Assembly (NCBI RefSeq): GCF_006345805.1
Contig: NC_042998.1
Coordinates: 98,642,001-98,706,000 of the forward strand
Origin: Octopus sinensis
Taxonomy: Eukaryota
Direction of reading: 5' to 3'
Length of the DNA: 64,000 bases
Below the pieces are notes generated by a model. That model did no database searches and was not told where the DNA came from. It saw nothing but the letters and a program-made list of their open reading frames with translations. Shown here one piece after another: positions 53,141 to 64,000 of the stretch; the first letter of the stretch is position 1; each line of letters begins with the position of its first letter. The translations under genes were made by a program, and so were the position numbers.

Positions 53141-54229
53141 ACATATATACATACATACATATATACATACATGCATATATACATGCATGCATACATACAT
53201 ACATAATATTTATCCATCTCTTGCCTTTCTTTCCTCTGCTTAAAAAAAAAACTAACCATTTTAGAGTAATTTACTTTTTACAATCAGCAATATCTATAGT
53301 TTCTTTAGCTTTGTTTCATTTTCTTCTATTTTTGTTGGCATTTGATTCAACTGATTTCATTGAAAAAGTTAATTTGATTGCTGACAACTGTTAAGCCTTT
53401 ATAAAATGCATGCACTTCTTTTTTTTATTTTTTAATGAAGTAAATGACACTCTTTGAGAAAGAGTTGCATGATACACTTTTTTTTCATAAGGAAAAAAAG
53501 ATACATACATACAAAGCGGTGTGTGTGCGTATGTGTTTGTGTGTGAGTGTGTGTGTGTGCATGGCTGAGGTCATCTGCAATAAGGAAATTCCTAAATGGA
53601 AGAGCTGTTTAAATAACCTTACTAATGATATGAGGCAGCTGATCTACAAACCACAGTCTTTACAATGGCTTTTGTGCTCAGAAATTTATGATTTATGTGG
53701 TTCATACGTGTAAGTAAATGTTTTAATACATTTAGCAGAAAGTATTTAATGCTATTCAGTAAAAGTAAAATGCTGGTTTTCTTAAAGACATAATTGCAAG
53801 GAGCAACAAAATAAATCAAGTTACATAATTATGACTAATTCTAATAGAGATGCACTAAAAATGGATAATTAGAATAGAAGAAACAGAAGCCTTGTCTAGC
53901 AATTAGACATCAGTATAGGTTGATGTTGGTCTTCTAAATTCTTGCGTTAAGTAATTTGAGGCAACTTGAAGAATTGGTTCAATATAGAATAAGGGAAGGA
54001 GGTGATGCTACTGGGCATTGTTGAATTCACACCAAGAAGATGTGAAGAAAGTAGAGAGGATGTTATAAATATTAAAATAAAACTGTTCTTTGAAACAATA
54101 ACCTTGAATTTAAAAAATCATTTAGGTAGATGCAACTAAAACAATTGTAGAAGCAATTATTTGTAAATTTATTTAACCCTATAGCAGAACTTGGTAATAC
54201 AGTTTTGATTCAATAATATTTCATTGTTC

Positions 54230-54380
54230 ATCTTTCTTTATGTTCTATGTTCAAATTCTGCTGAGGTCGACTTTACCTTTCATCCTTTCGGGGTTGATAA
54301 ATTAAGTACCAGTTGCAATCTAATTGACTGGCACCTTCCCCCCAAATTTCGGGCCTTGTGCCTAGAGTAGAAAAGAATAA
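54230..54380 (+). mobile_element. Family A SINE
   Basis: Near-consensus core GGTCGACTTTACCTTTCATCCTTTCGGGGTTGATAAATTAAGTACCAG. Confidence 0.8.
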
Positions 54381-55194
54381 AATTGCATTGTAATTTGGAT
54401 TGTCCTTCAGCTGGTTGTGGCCGATGTCAGTGCTGTCTGACTGGCCCCGTGCTGGTGGCACGTAAAAAGCAGCATTCAAGTCTTGGGCCTAAAGGAAGCA
54501 GTGACAGGTGACCAAGATCTTCGGTAATATACCATGTTTGTGTGGTCCTGTCAAGCTGAGTGAGACTGTGGTCATGGCTAATGCTGGTTTGTGTCAGTGA
54601 CACAGAAAAGACATCCACTACACTCTCAGAGTGGTTGGCATTAGGAAGGGCATCCAGCTGTAGAAACCATACCAAATCAGATTGGAAACTGGTGCAGCTC
54701 CCCAGCTTCAGTCAAACCATTCAACCCATGCCAGCATGGAAAGTGGGTGTTAAATGATGATAATAATGATGACTCCAATTTTCCAAAGACATAAGTTTCT
54801 GTTCCTTTCAGAAATTTTTAACTCTCATATCTATCAATTAATTCTGGAAAGTAATCACTAATTTTCTTTAACTTCATTTCTTGTTTGAATGTGTTCATGC
54901 TTGCATATCATATATAAATAAATTTTATACGCTAGCTTATCCAATAAATCAAACAGTTTTGAAATAAGACAATTCCACACATTTTTCTATGAAGTTAGTA
55001 AAAATAGGATGATAAATAGAGTGTAATTATTACACAACAATCTTCAGATGAAAACAAAACGAAAGCCATTTATGATATTGCTGTTTAAAATCCTTTAGTA
55101 AATGAACAAATTTTACTTTTCTTTAAAAAAGTATCATATTGAAAGTAAGTTTCTTCTATGTGTACATAAATATATACACACAAGCACACATACA

Positions 55195-55231
<37 letters not shown>

Positions 55232-55689
55232 GTATGTGTTCAAGTCAACCATACACTTTAACACACATATATATACACTTTATATACATGCGCAATAATT
55301 TACAAAAACACTTAAGCACACATTCAAAGGAAACTGTTACAGCTGAAAACTGAAGACATCAAAGTTAGAAACTTACAAAAAGAAAAAAGGAAATAAAAAA
55401 CAAAGCAACAAACACTTATAGTATTCATTTACTGGGTATATGTAAAGAATTGATCTTAATATAGTAATGGTAAGAGGTACTATGGTTCATATATCAACAC
55501 CTCTAACGAAATATAGAACTGATGATAATGATGATACTGCACACATGTCAGGAACATGGAAATGCACCTGGTGCTGTAGTAGAAACTTGCATAAAACTTT
55601 TGAAAATATAATAATAATAGTAATAATTGGCAATATTATTTTTAGCTACCCAGTCTTAGACAAGTCCAGTTATATTCACAGATGAGATA

Positions 55690-56150
55690 GATTTGGTAGC
55701 TATGTCCACTGGACTACATGCTGACATTTCAACATGAAAATGTATACAAAGCAGTATAAACATTTATCAAACACAGCACATAGCAATGATCTGGTCACAA
55801 TCATCTGGGGTATGTCTGTCCAGATTGAGAAGAAGATCAAGATCAAACTGTCCAGGTGTAATAATCAATCACCAGAACAAATTGGTCTGTTCTTCAATAG
55901 ACATACTGATCCCTTATCACCAAAACATTACCTGTAAGGAGGTGGAGTAACTATCAAAGTACATGGATCTTGAAAATGAAACAAGCAAGATGTTGGGTGT
56001 GAAAATGAAAACAGTACCAAAATAACTGGATCACTATATATTAAAAGAAATAAACATGACCAAAAACATGTAAACCATACTAGGGCTCATGATGTTACAC
56101 AAAGTCTAAAAGATAGCCCTGCTAAGTACAATCCACAGGCTACAAAAGAT
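55690..56150 (+). mobile_element. Decayed RLE-type LINE 3' fragment
   Basis: Broken frames resemble I.W.M.V...IK...PD..I....C.LID..IP...N...KE.E.LSKY.DLE. Confidence 0.5.
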
Positions 56151-56930
56151 TCTTTCAATTCAGTTATACAACTTAAAATAAATAGCACTTATCTTTACAA
56201 TTGCTGCCCACTGAAATAATACAATTCACATACATATTCTATGGAATTACCACCAAAACAATATAACACAACATGTACTCCACCAGAATCATCATCCAAT
56301 AAAATAAAGCACATACTTTCACATAATCAATACTGAATGTTATATCACTAAATTCCCATATAACTTATATGGTACCTAGTCACCACCTATTAGTATAATA
56401 CAACCTGTACAACCACCCAACACTAAAATACTTAACATCAATTGCATAGCATATCTGAAGCACAAGCATCCCATCAACAAAATAACACAACTCATATGGT
56501 ACATATTCTGCACAACTGACAAAATACTAACATAACACCCAAAACAACGAAACAAATTTCATAACAAAGCAAAAATTGATGTAGTATACAAACACAATTC
56601 TACATCTCCAAAAGGCAATGTTGAATACACCTCAGGAACACCTGGTGGTGCAGTAGAAAGTCATATAAAGCTGTTGAAAACATTATGATAAATAATACTA
56701 ATACCAATAACAATAATTCATAATAGTAATAACAAAAATACATTTTTTTTCAGAACCTGAATAATTCACCAAACATTGTTTACAATTTTCAAAAAATTGG
56801 CTTTGGAATCAAACACGATTTATAAATATGTACACTATTTGTAGAGCAAATAAGAGTGGAGATAAGTTTTTGTCTCTATATACTGCATAATACATGTATA
56901 ACAATCTGTAAAACACTTGGAAATTGTTAC

Positions 56931-57047
56931 CTTTTCTTTCCTCTGTTCCTTCTACAACCGACAGTGAAGTATTACTACTATGGATTGAATCTGATCGCTC
57001 GGCCTGGACTGCAAAACTTATTTTTCTCTCTGTTGGGCTTCCAACAG
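56931..57047 (-). CDS. unc-80: unc-80 exon, 117 nt (VGSPTERKISFAVQAERSDSIHSSNTSLSVVEGTEERK), phase 1 to 1
   Basis: Acceptor ttttcttttcctaaatacag, donor AAAG|gtaaca; ERKISF motif. Not in the ORF track; found by reading the minus strand. Confidence 0.9.
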
Positions 57048-57269
57048 CTGTATTTAGGAAAAGAAAATAAGAATTTTATTTAAATTTTCATAAAAGTTCA
57101 ACAAATTTTTAAAGGCTCATAAGTTTCAAAGAGGTAAAAAAAAGCTTTGACATAAATCTTATTACCAAAATTCACAAATTTCTTAAATGTCTAATGCAAG
57201 AGAATTATTGAGCAATCTTTCTTTGACACACATACAAGTCTGTCAAGCTAAGTAAAATTGTGGTCATCT

Positions 57270-57321
57270 TTACATATAGGCATGCCCTTTACAGCTATAT
57301 AAAGGGCATGCCTATATGTAA
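57270..57321. repeat. Perfect short hairpin (about 21-bp arms, 10-nt loop)
   Basis: ttacatataggcatgcccttt ... aaagggcatgcctatatgtaa. Confidence 0.85.
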
Positions 57322-58429
57322 GACATATAATTCTGTCTTGAAGTTAAACTAAGTTAAAGTAAAAAGTTATATAAGGTGCAAAATTAAACAAAACACAAAA
57401 ATAAAGGAGTTAAATAAAAAAAGGTATTGGTATAAAAATTGATAAAAAAAAAAAAAACATTTAATTCAAGCATTTGATGTTAAACATTGAATGAAATATA
57501 ATTTCAAGAAAAGCTAAAAAAAAAACAGCATGTTATATGCAGACATATTCAGTCATGACATATGCAAACACAAAGAAACAGCTTTAGCTGCAGACTGTCA
57601 TACACACATAGAAACAAGGACATATACTGATACATACAAATACATGTGTATTCACACTAGCATACAATAACTACAAATGTAACTTGAAAACAAACACAGT
57701 CATACATAGTCATACAGACACACACTATTGCAAAGACACAGACATACACAACAGCATAGCTACCAAAGTAATTCAATCTACTTAGTGAAATATGAAACAT
57801 AAATAAAGTAGGTTCTTCAGAATACACTTTGCTCTGTAATCCAATAACTCTCTCTGCCAAGACATCATGTCACTCAATAAGGTTAAGATTCAAGAAAACA
57901 TTTTTATTTTATGGATCAGTCTAAAATTGTAAATCTAGAATTTGATTCCATATCAATTTTTAGAGCTTTAGAAGCACTATCTTCTTTCATCTCCTTTTAC
58001 TACTTTCAGTAATTGGACTATGGCCATTATGGGGTCCTGCCTTGAAGAGTTTAATCAAACAAATAGATCTCAGTAAGTTTACCATGCTTTTAAATTCTTC
58101 ATCATGTTAGTCGAATTAGTAGATTGACTGACATGTGATTCTTTTATAAACAATGAAATCATCACACTAACAGCAATAACACCTCTTTGATGTAACATTT
58201 TCAAAGGTTAAGTAATTTGAATGGTAGCACCAGTATTATTTTCAAGTTCAGGTTATACACATTATGACTACTAGAATATTCAAAAGAACTTGAGATCTTG
58301 TTCAGATAAACCAAAAATCAGATAACTGATTTTTGGATAACTGATGTTTGTGTGTATTGGCAAATATTACCTACAAGCCATTGTATATGTTTATTTATTT
58401 ATTTATTTATTTATTATTATTATTATATG

Positions 58430-59725
58430 AAAACTCACAGCTTATTTTTCCTTCATTGATCCTGTTGTTACGGGGGCATGCTATGTCAATTATCATACAT
58501 GTTCTTTCCTTTTTTATTCACCACACCATCTGGTTTCTGATGTCTGGTCAGGTGATTGAACTGAATCATTGCATCCCACAGGATTTTGCAATTCTTATTT
58601 TTGGTGACTCCTTCTGGAGTTTGTTCATACCATGTCTTTACTCTTTGTAGGCCATGATTTCCACAAAGCTCCCAATGGATCATTCTTGCCACGGTATCTT
58701 TTGTATTCACATTGTGCCAATTTCAGGCATTTGCTAATGATGTGACATACCATTTCACTCCTCTCACCACACATTCTGCATTTGTTGCTATTGGTAGTGT
58801 TGTGTATTCAGCACTTCATATAACTGCTCCTTAACGCTTGTTCCTGAGTGCTTCTGTCTCTATCTTCAGGTCACTCCTCCTCATCCATAGCTGCCAGTCA
58901 TCTGTATCTGTCCTTACATTCACATCTCTCGCAAACTGACCATACATTGTCGTTTCCTTCCATGCTTTTTATTTTTTTACTCTTTTACTTGTTTCAGTCA
59001 TTTGACTGAGGCCATGTTGGAGCACCACCTTTAGTCGAGGAAATTGACCCCAGGACTTATTCTTTGTAAGCCTAGTACATATTCTATCAGTCTCTTTTGC
59101 TGAACCACTAAGTTACGGGAATGTAAGCACACCAGCATCGGTTGTCAAGCAATGTTGGGGGGACAAACACAGACACACAAACATATATATATACATATAC
59201 ATATATACGACGGGTTTCTTTCAGTTTCCGTCTACTAAATCCACTTACAAGGCTTTGGTCAGCCCGAGGCTACAGTAGAAGACACTTGCCCAAGGTGGCA
59301 CGCAGTGGGATTGAATCTGGAACCATGTGGTTGGTAAGCAAGCTACTTACCACACAGCCACTCCTGCGCCTACTTACCACACAGCCACTCCGGTTTATTT
59401 TTTTTAAAACTTTTCTTTAGCTACACAATTTTCAGTTTTGATGATGCTGGCCTTCTTCATGTATTTCAGCAGTGGTTCCACAGCATTTTTTATACACCAC
59501 CCTAGGTTGTTTTCCTCTGCTTTGATACACTCTTCTGGACAAGTACAACCTCTCAGTGTCACTCTTAGGGTGGAAGGCTCTGTGTACTGCCAACATTTTT
59601 CTGGTCTTGGTATCCATTTTCTTCATTACTATCTTTTGCCATTTTATAATTCCTGCTCCATACTGAAGTGATGTTATCACCCATGTATTAACTGCTTGAA
59701 TTTTATTCCACTCAGTCAATTTTGA
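58430..59725 (-). mobile_element. Second R4/Dong-like fragment, interrupted by a SINE at about 58972-59395
   Basis: 59432-59719 gives the post-RT region (NKIQAVNTW...HPKSDTERLY). 58486-58710 gives the RLE start (DTVARMIHWELC...ILWD...KPD). Confidence 0.75.
58972..59395 (-). mobile_element. Family B SINE nested in the Dong-like LINE
   Basis: Reverse complement of 13629-14050; short duplication of CTACTTACCACACAGCCACTCC at the head. Confidence 0.8.
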
Positions 59726-59737
59726 GCATCATCATCA

Positions 59738-59785
<48 letters not shown>

Positions 59786-59797
59786 ATTATTATTATT

Positions 59798-60584
59798 GCC
59801 ATTGCATGGCTTCTAATGCAGGAGATGTATTACAGTGTCAGCTGTTCACTACCAGTGAACTAAGGTAACCCCTCCTATTTTTCGAGCACCTTCCGGAGTA
59901 TTCGAGTGGTTCCAAGCAGTGCTGTTTTCTGCAAGTGCTCCACCCTTATTGCAGCCCCTATTTGTTCCATATACTTCTCAAGACTTTTGCTCACTGTTCC
60001 CAGGGCTCCAACACTTATTGGTACTACTGCTACCTTTTCCATCGACCACAACTGCTTAACTTCCCAAACTAACCTGTCATATCTCTCAACTTTTCTTTCT
60101 TCCTTATCGCATACCTTGTTGTCAGCTGGGTATGCTATATCTATCATCCAGCATAGTTTGTTTTCTTTCTCAATTAAGACTATGCTCGGCTTCCTATTCT
60201 CTATCTCATTGTTGCACTGAATCATAAAATCCCATAGGATCTTTGCATTTCTATTTTCGACAATGCCTTCAGGTTTGTGGTTGTACCAATTTTTTGCTCT
60301 CTCAAGTCCATACTTGTTACAGAGTGTACAATGGACAAGCCTGGCTATATTGTCATAGTATCTCATATATTCCTTCTGGGCTAGTGGCTTACATTGGCTG
60401 GTAATATGCTATACGGTTTTACCATTTTGTCCACAAATTCTGCACTTATCACTTTCTGCTGTGTTGTCTATTCTGTATTTTATGTAGTTTGTTCTTTGTT
60501 CTTGCTCTTGGGCAGCACAGATAAGAGCCTCTGTTTCTGTTTTTAAATCACTTTTAGTCATCCACAGCCATCTTTTTTTCTGTC

Positions 60585-60585
<1 letters not shown>
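59798..60585 (-). mobile_element. 3' part of an RLE-type non-LTR retrotransposon (R4/Dong-like) flanked by (TAA)n on both sides
   Basis: ORF 59875-60366 has an RLE-like domain (ILWDF...KPSIVLI...IDIAYP...KVERY...VPISVGALG). Upstream CRICG...HITSQC zinc knuckle; ATT arrays at 59740-59797 and 60586-60628. Confidence 0.85.
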
Positions 60586-60629
<44 letters not shown>

Positions 60630-60894
60630 TCACAGTATATTGTTAGTTTTAGTTCTTAATTCTTTGAATAGTTTTAAATCACTTTTAATTATAGCTTTTG
60701 CTTGTATTTGGTAATTTTTCTGGGTAAATTAATACAAGAAACTGTCAATATGAAAATATTACTTTAAAGATGTAAAGTTAGGACTGAAGATTGGATATTT
60801 AACAGTATCTAATTTTGGTCCACACATTTATAATAAATGTTTATAATAATTTTCAATCTATCATCTCTCATTGCAATATATAAAGATAAATTTA

Positions 60895-61105
60895 AAGTGG
60901 TGAGCTAGCAGAGTCATTAGTACACCAGACAAAATACTTAGCAGCATTTCATCTGTTTTCATGTTCTGAGTTCAATTTTTGCTAAGGTTGAGTTTGCCTT
61001 TCATCCTTTCAGGCTTAATAAAATAAGTACCAGTTGGGCACTTGGGCCAATGCAATTAACTTACCCACTTCCTTGAAATTGCTGGCCTTACACCAAGATT
61101 TGATA
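60895..61105 (+). mobile_element. Family A SINE
   Basis: Colinear with the family A consensus. Confidence 0.75.
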
Positions 61106-61624
61106 ATGATATTTAAATATAATTATCAATCATTGTCAGATGTCCCTAATCAGCTATGTCTGAGAAGATCTATGTTATTTTGGTAATTAAACAACATATT
61201 CCATTTTAATTATGGGCATCTTTTTATTGAGTGACATGCTCTTCTAGCATTTAGAAGTTAATATGTAGTTCTATCACAGATTCTTAAATGTTAATTGTAA
61301 ATGAGAGCAGAATTTCTGGGTTAATAGCAATTAAATTATAATGATTAAAATATATATGTTCTTAAATTAACTGAGTACAAGTTACAAGGTCATTAGTTTA
61401 AAAGTTAATAAAAGAATTGGTTTGGATTCTTAGATATACATTACTAATTTATCTTACCCTAAGTGAGGGATTTAAAAGTTAGCATTAAAAAAAAATCCAA
61501 ATAATTCTGTAAAAAGAGTTGCTCAAAGAATACATATATTTCAGTTTATAGAACTACTTAATACATGCTATTACAGGTAATGAATGGCTGTAAAAAAGAT
61601 CAACAGAAAGTTGCCCATACTTAC

Positions 61625-61888
61625 TTGTTGAACCAGATTGCATAGTTTGTGGAACATCTCCTATGTTTGATTCAATACTTTTCTCTGAATGTCCAGGACT
61701 ACCAATTCCACTACTCCATCTTCGAGTTGTACTTGCTGTTCGCTCCCACACAGCATCTCTCTTTCCCATGCGGGATTTAGGTATATATTGATAGGTTTCT
61801 CTCATAAAAGTTGTAATTTCCAGGAGGACTAGGCAAGCAACCATTTTCAAGGCATAAGGGCATTCAGCTCCAGTAAAATTTACAGTAG
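61625..61888 (-). CDS. unc-80: unc-80 exon, 264 nt (TVNFTGAECPYALKMVACLVLLEIT...MQSGST), phase 1 to 1
   Basis: Acceptor ctttctgtttttag, donor ACAA|gtaagt; conserved UNC80-like peptide. Confidence 0.92.
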
Positions 61889-62639
61889 CTAAAAACAGAA
61901 AGCAGTGAATATCTATCTTACATTGCACATTCTAATTATATTATTTGAAGGGAAAAAAGAATCAAATTCTTAAATAATAATAATGTATAAGCAATGGTGG
62001 TGGTGGGAATATTATGGGTTTCCCAGATTATTAATTTTGGCTTTTGTCCTTCTACAACATATTTCAATTAGCACATTCTCTAATTGTCTTCAAGCATGTT
62101 TCTTCATATCTATAGGTTTGCTCAAATACTTAGTTGAATTAGAACAAATCTACTCAAGTGTTAATGAAATTTATAATATAAAATAAGGACGTCTTTCCTT
62201 GAAACATTACAATACATCTAGACTTATTTTATAAATCTTATTGACTGGACTTCATATAAACTATCATTTGTCTCCTTGGACCTTAGTCTTTTATTTATTC
62301 TCTAACTACATAAGCAATACCAATATAAGCACCTATAATAACATAATTATCAATTAGTTTTCAAACTATTTTAAAATGTTAACATGTTGATGCATTAAAC
62401 ATGGAAGCATATATACCAGGCAGAGTGATGTATTTTTGAGCTAAGCACTTCATTTCACATTGCTCCCATCCACTCAGCTGTAAATAAGTTTCAACAATAG
62501 TTGGGATGTTAACTCAGAGACAGACTGACCACTTGTTCAGCAAGGGAGTCTTGAAATCTCAGTCACTCATACACCATGGAAACTGAATTAAAATCTGGCC
62601 TTGTGAGTTATAAGGTTCATGACATACCTACATGTGCCT

Positions 62640-62970
62640 ATGGAATACTCAGCCACTTACAGTGTAATTCAATAAGCAGGTAGTATATTTGATTGAATGA
62701 TTGAATACTCATTGTCAAAATGAAGAGAAATCCATTTTGTTTTAACTGATTGTTAAAAGGTAAAGTACAAACCAACATGATTGCCAAATGGCAGGATAGA
62801 TAGACAGAGATAAACACATGATGATATTCCACACAGTTTCCACCAAATTCACTAACAAAACATTGGTTGGCCCAGGTTATAGTAGAAGACACTTTCCCAG
62901 GCTGGGATGCAATGGGACTGAATCTGAACCACACAGTTGCAAAATGAGCTTCTTAACTACACAGCATAGT
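62640..62970 (-). mobile_element. Family B SINE, diverged
   Basis: Matches the head and CORE-like part of family B. Confidence 0.6.
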
Positions 62971-63266
62971 ATAGTAAAGGATAAATACAAAATATCCATT
63001 ATGTATCACAATCATCAGTCATAAGAAAGATGAAATTGAATAATACAAAAATTAGAAAGTGCTTCAAATATAAATTTAAAACAGTCAAAGAAATTGAATT
63101 CAAGTGAAATTTCAAAACTATTTTTCTTGATTTCATTTGAATAACCAGGTGGCACTCCAGCATGAATTGGTAATGATGTCTAAAGTAAACTATAAAAGAA
63201 CTAAAGAAATAACAGTTTTGAACAGAAACAGTTCAGAATAAAATACTTCATACAATATGTATATAC

Positions 63267-63402
63267 CTTCATCTAAAAAATTTTCATTTTCATCTTCCAT
63301 TCGTAATTCTCTTTTACGCAGCTCATCAGTAACTTCATCGATAACAGTTAGTTTATCAGTGTATTCTTTAGCCATGATGTATTCCAACTGGCTTCCCAAA
63401 GT
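63267..63402 (-). CDS. unc-80: unc-80 exon, 136 nt (TLGSQLEYIMAKEY...ENENFLDE), phase 0 to 1
   Basis: Acceptor tttattcatag, donor GAAG|gtatat, open frame; end phase matches the next exon. Confidence 0.85.
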
Positions 63403-63469
63403 CTATGAATAAAGCATTTATAATATTTACAATAATAAAAAAAAATGTGATTAAAAAAGACAGAAATAA

Positions 63470-63675
63470 TTCTAAGTTTAGCACAAGGCCAGCAATTTTG
63501 AAGGGAGTGAGCAAGTCAATTACATCGAACCCAGTATTTAACTGTTAATTTATTTTATAATCCCTGAAAGGACGAAAATCTTAGCAAGATTTGAACTCGG
63601 TAAGTAAAGCTTTGGAAGAAATACCACTAAGCATTTTATCCAACGTCTCAACAATTCTGCCACTTTGCCACCTTA
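63470..63675 (-). mobile_element. Family A SINE
   Basis: Reverse complement of the family A consensus. Confidence 0.7.
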
Positions 63676-64000
63676 ACAACAATTAGAAATAATAAAATCA
63701 AAATTATCCATATATGAAAAAAAAAAAGTAACTTTTTAAGATTGTCTAAAGAGAGGTACATTGAATATGATGAAATTGAATATTTTTATAAGGGTATAAA
63801 TATCTAAAGAATTCAGGATTAAAGTTTTAAAGAATGACAAAACTTGAATATCCAGAATATTTTAAGATGTCTTGTGCCATAGTTTTTTATGAGATGAGGA
63901 TGCTTCTTCAATTCATTTTTACAAGTGAAGACACTAAACATTGTACTCAATGAAGGTAACAATTATCTTCAGTTAATTAACACAACATGTAAGTGTTCCA

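Larger units (their letters stand above)
1..64000 (-). other. unc-80: Internal portion of the unc-80 gene (NALCN channel complex scaffold); both ends lie outside the window
   Basis: Twelve phase-compatible exons splice into 1879 nt of open frame. The product has motifs I recognise from UNC80 proteins: CPYALKMVACLVLLEIT, ERKISF, GRRLAQGRQ, NMPWIK, AWELILESDQ, RYQVWPRMEEGA and VPPPNIDFTLPSP. Confidence 0.93.

Noticed and set aside
56631-56670. Good acceptor (ttttcaacag) 260 nt after the 56931 donor with two possible donors
   Set aside because: The possible exons are 29 or 40 nt, not multiples of 3, and both donors are weak (gtgttc, gtgtat). A poison exon cannot be excluded without RNA data.

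Overview
AT-rich, microsatellite-rich animal genomic DNA. The repeat landscape looks like an octopus/coleoid genome, which is inferred and not verified. The whole window lies inside one minus-strand gene, unc-80 (scaffold subunit of the NALCN sodium-leak channel complex). Twelve exons from 63402 down to 5447 have GT-AG boundaries and matching phases and join into 1879 nt of continuous reading frame; the gene continues past both window edges. I also find two frame-preserving candidate cassette exons: 42 nt at 47881-47922 in a ~33 kb intron, and 24 nt at 2622-2645. Introns hold decayed mariner/maT transposons, CR1-, RTE- and RLE-type LINE fragments, several tRNA-derived SINE families and microsatellites. 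The most unusual signal is a set of long foldback (inverted-repeat) elements. Three of them (13.1-13.4 kb, 29.4-30.0 kb, 43.0-43.3 kb) carry minimal type I hammerhead-ribozyme-like motifs, and each copy has a different defect. No prokaryotic features, CRISPR arrays, rRNA or intact tRNA genes were seen. Repeat boundaries are approximate; exon boundaries were read base by base.
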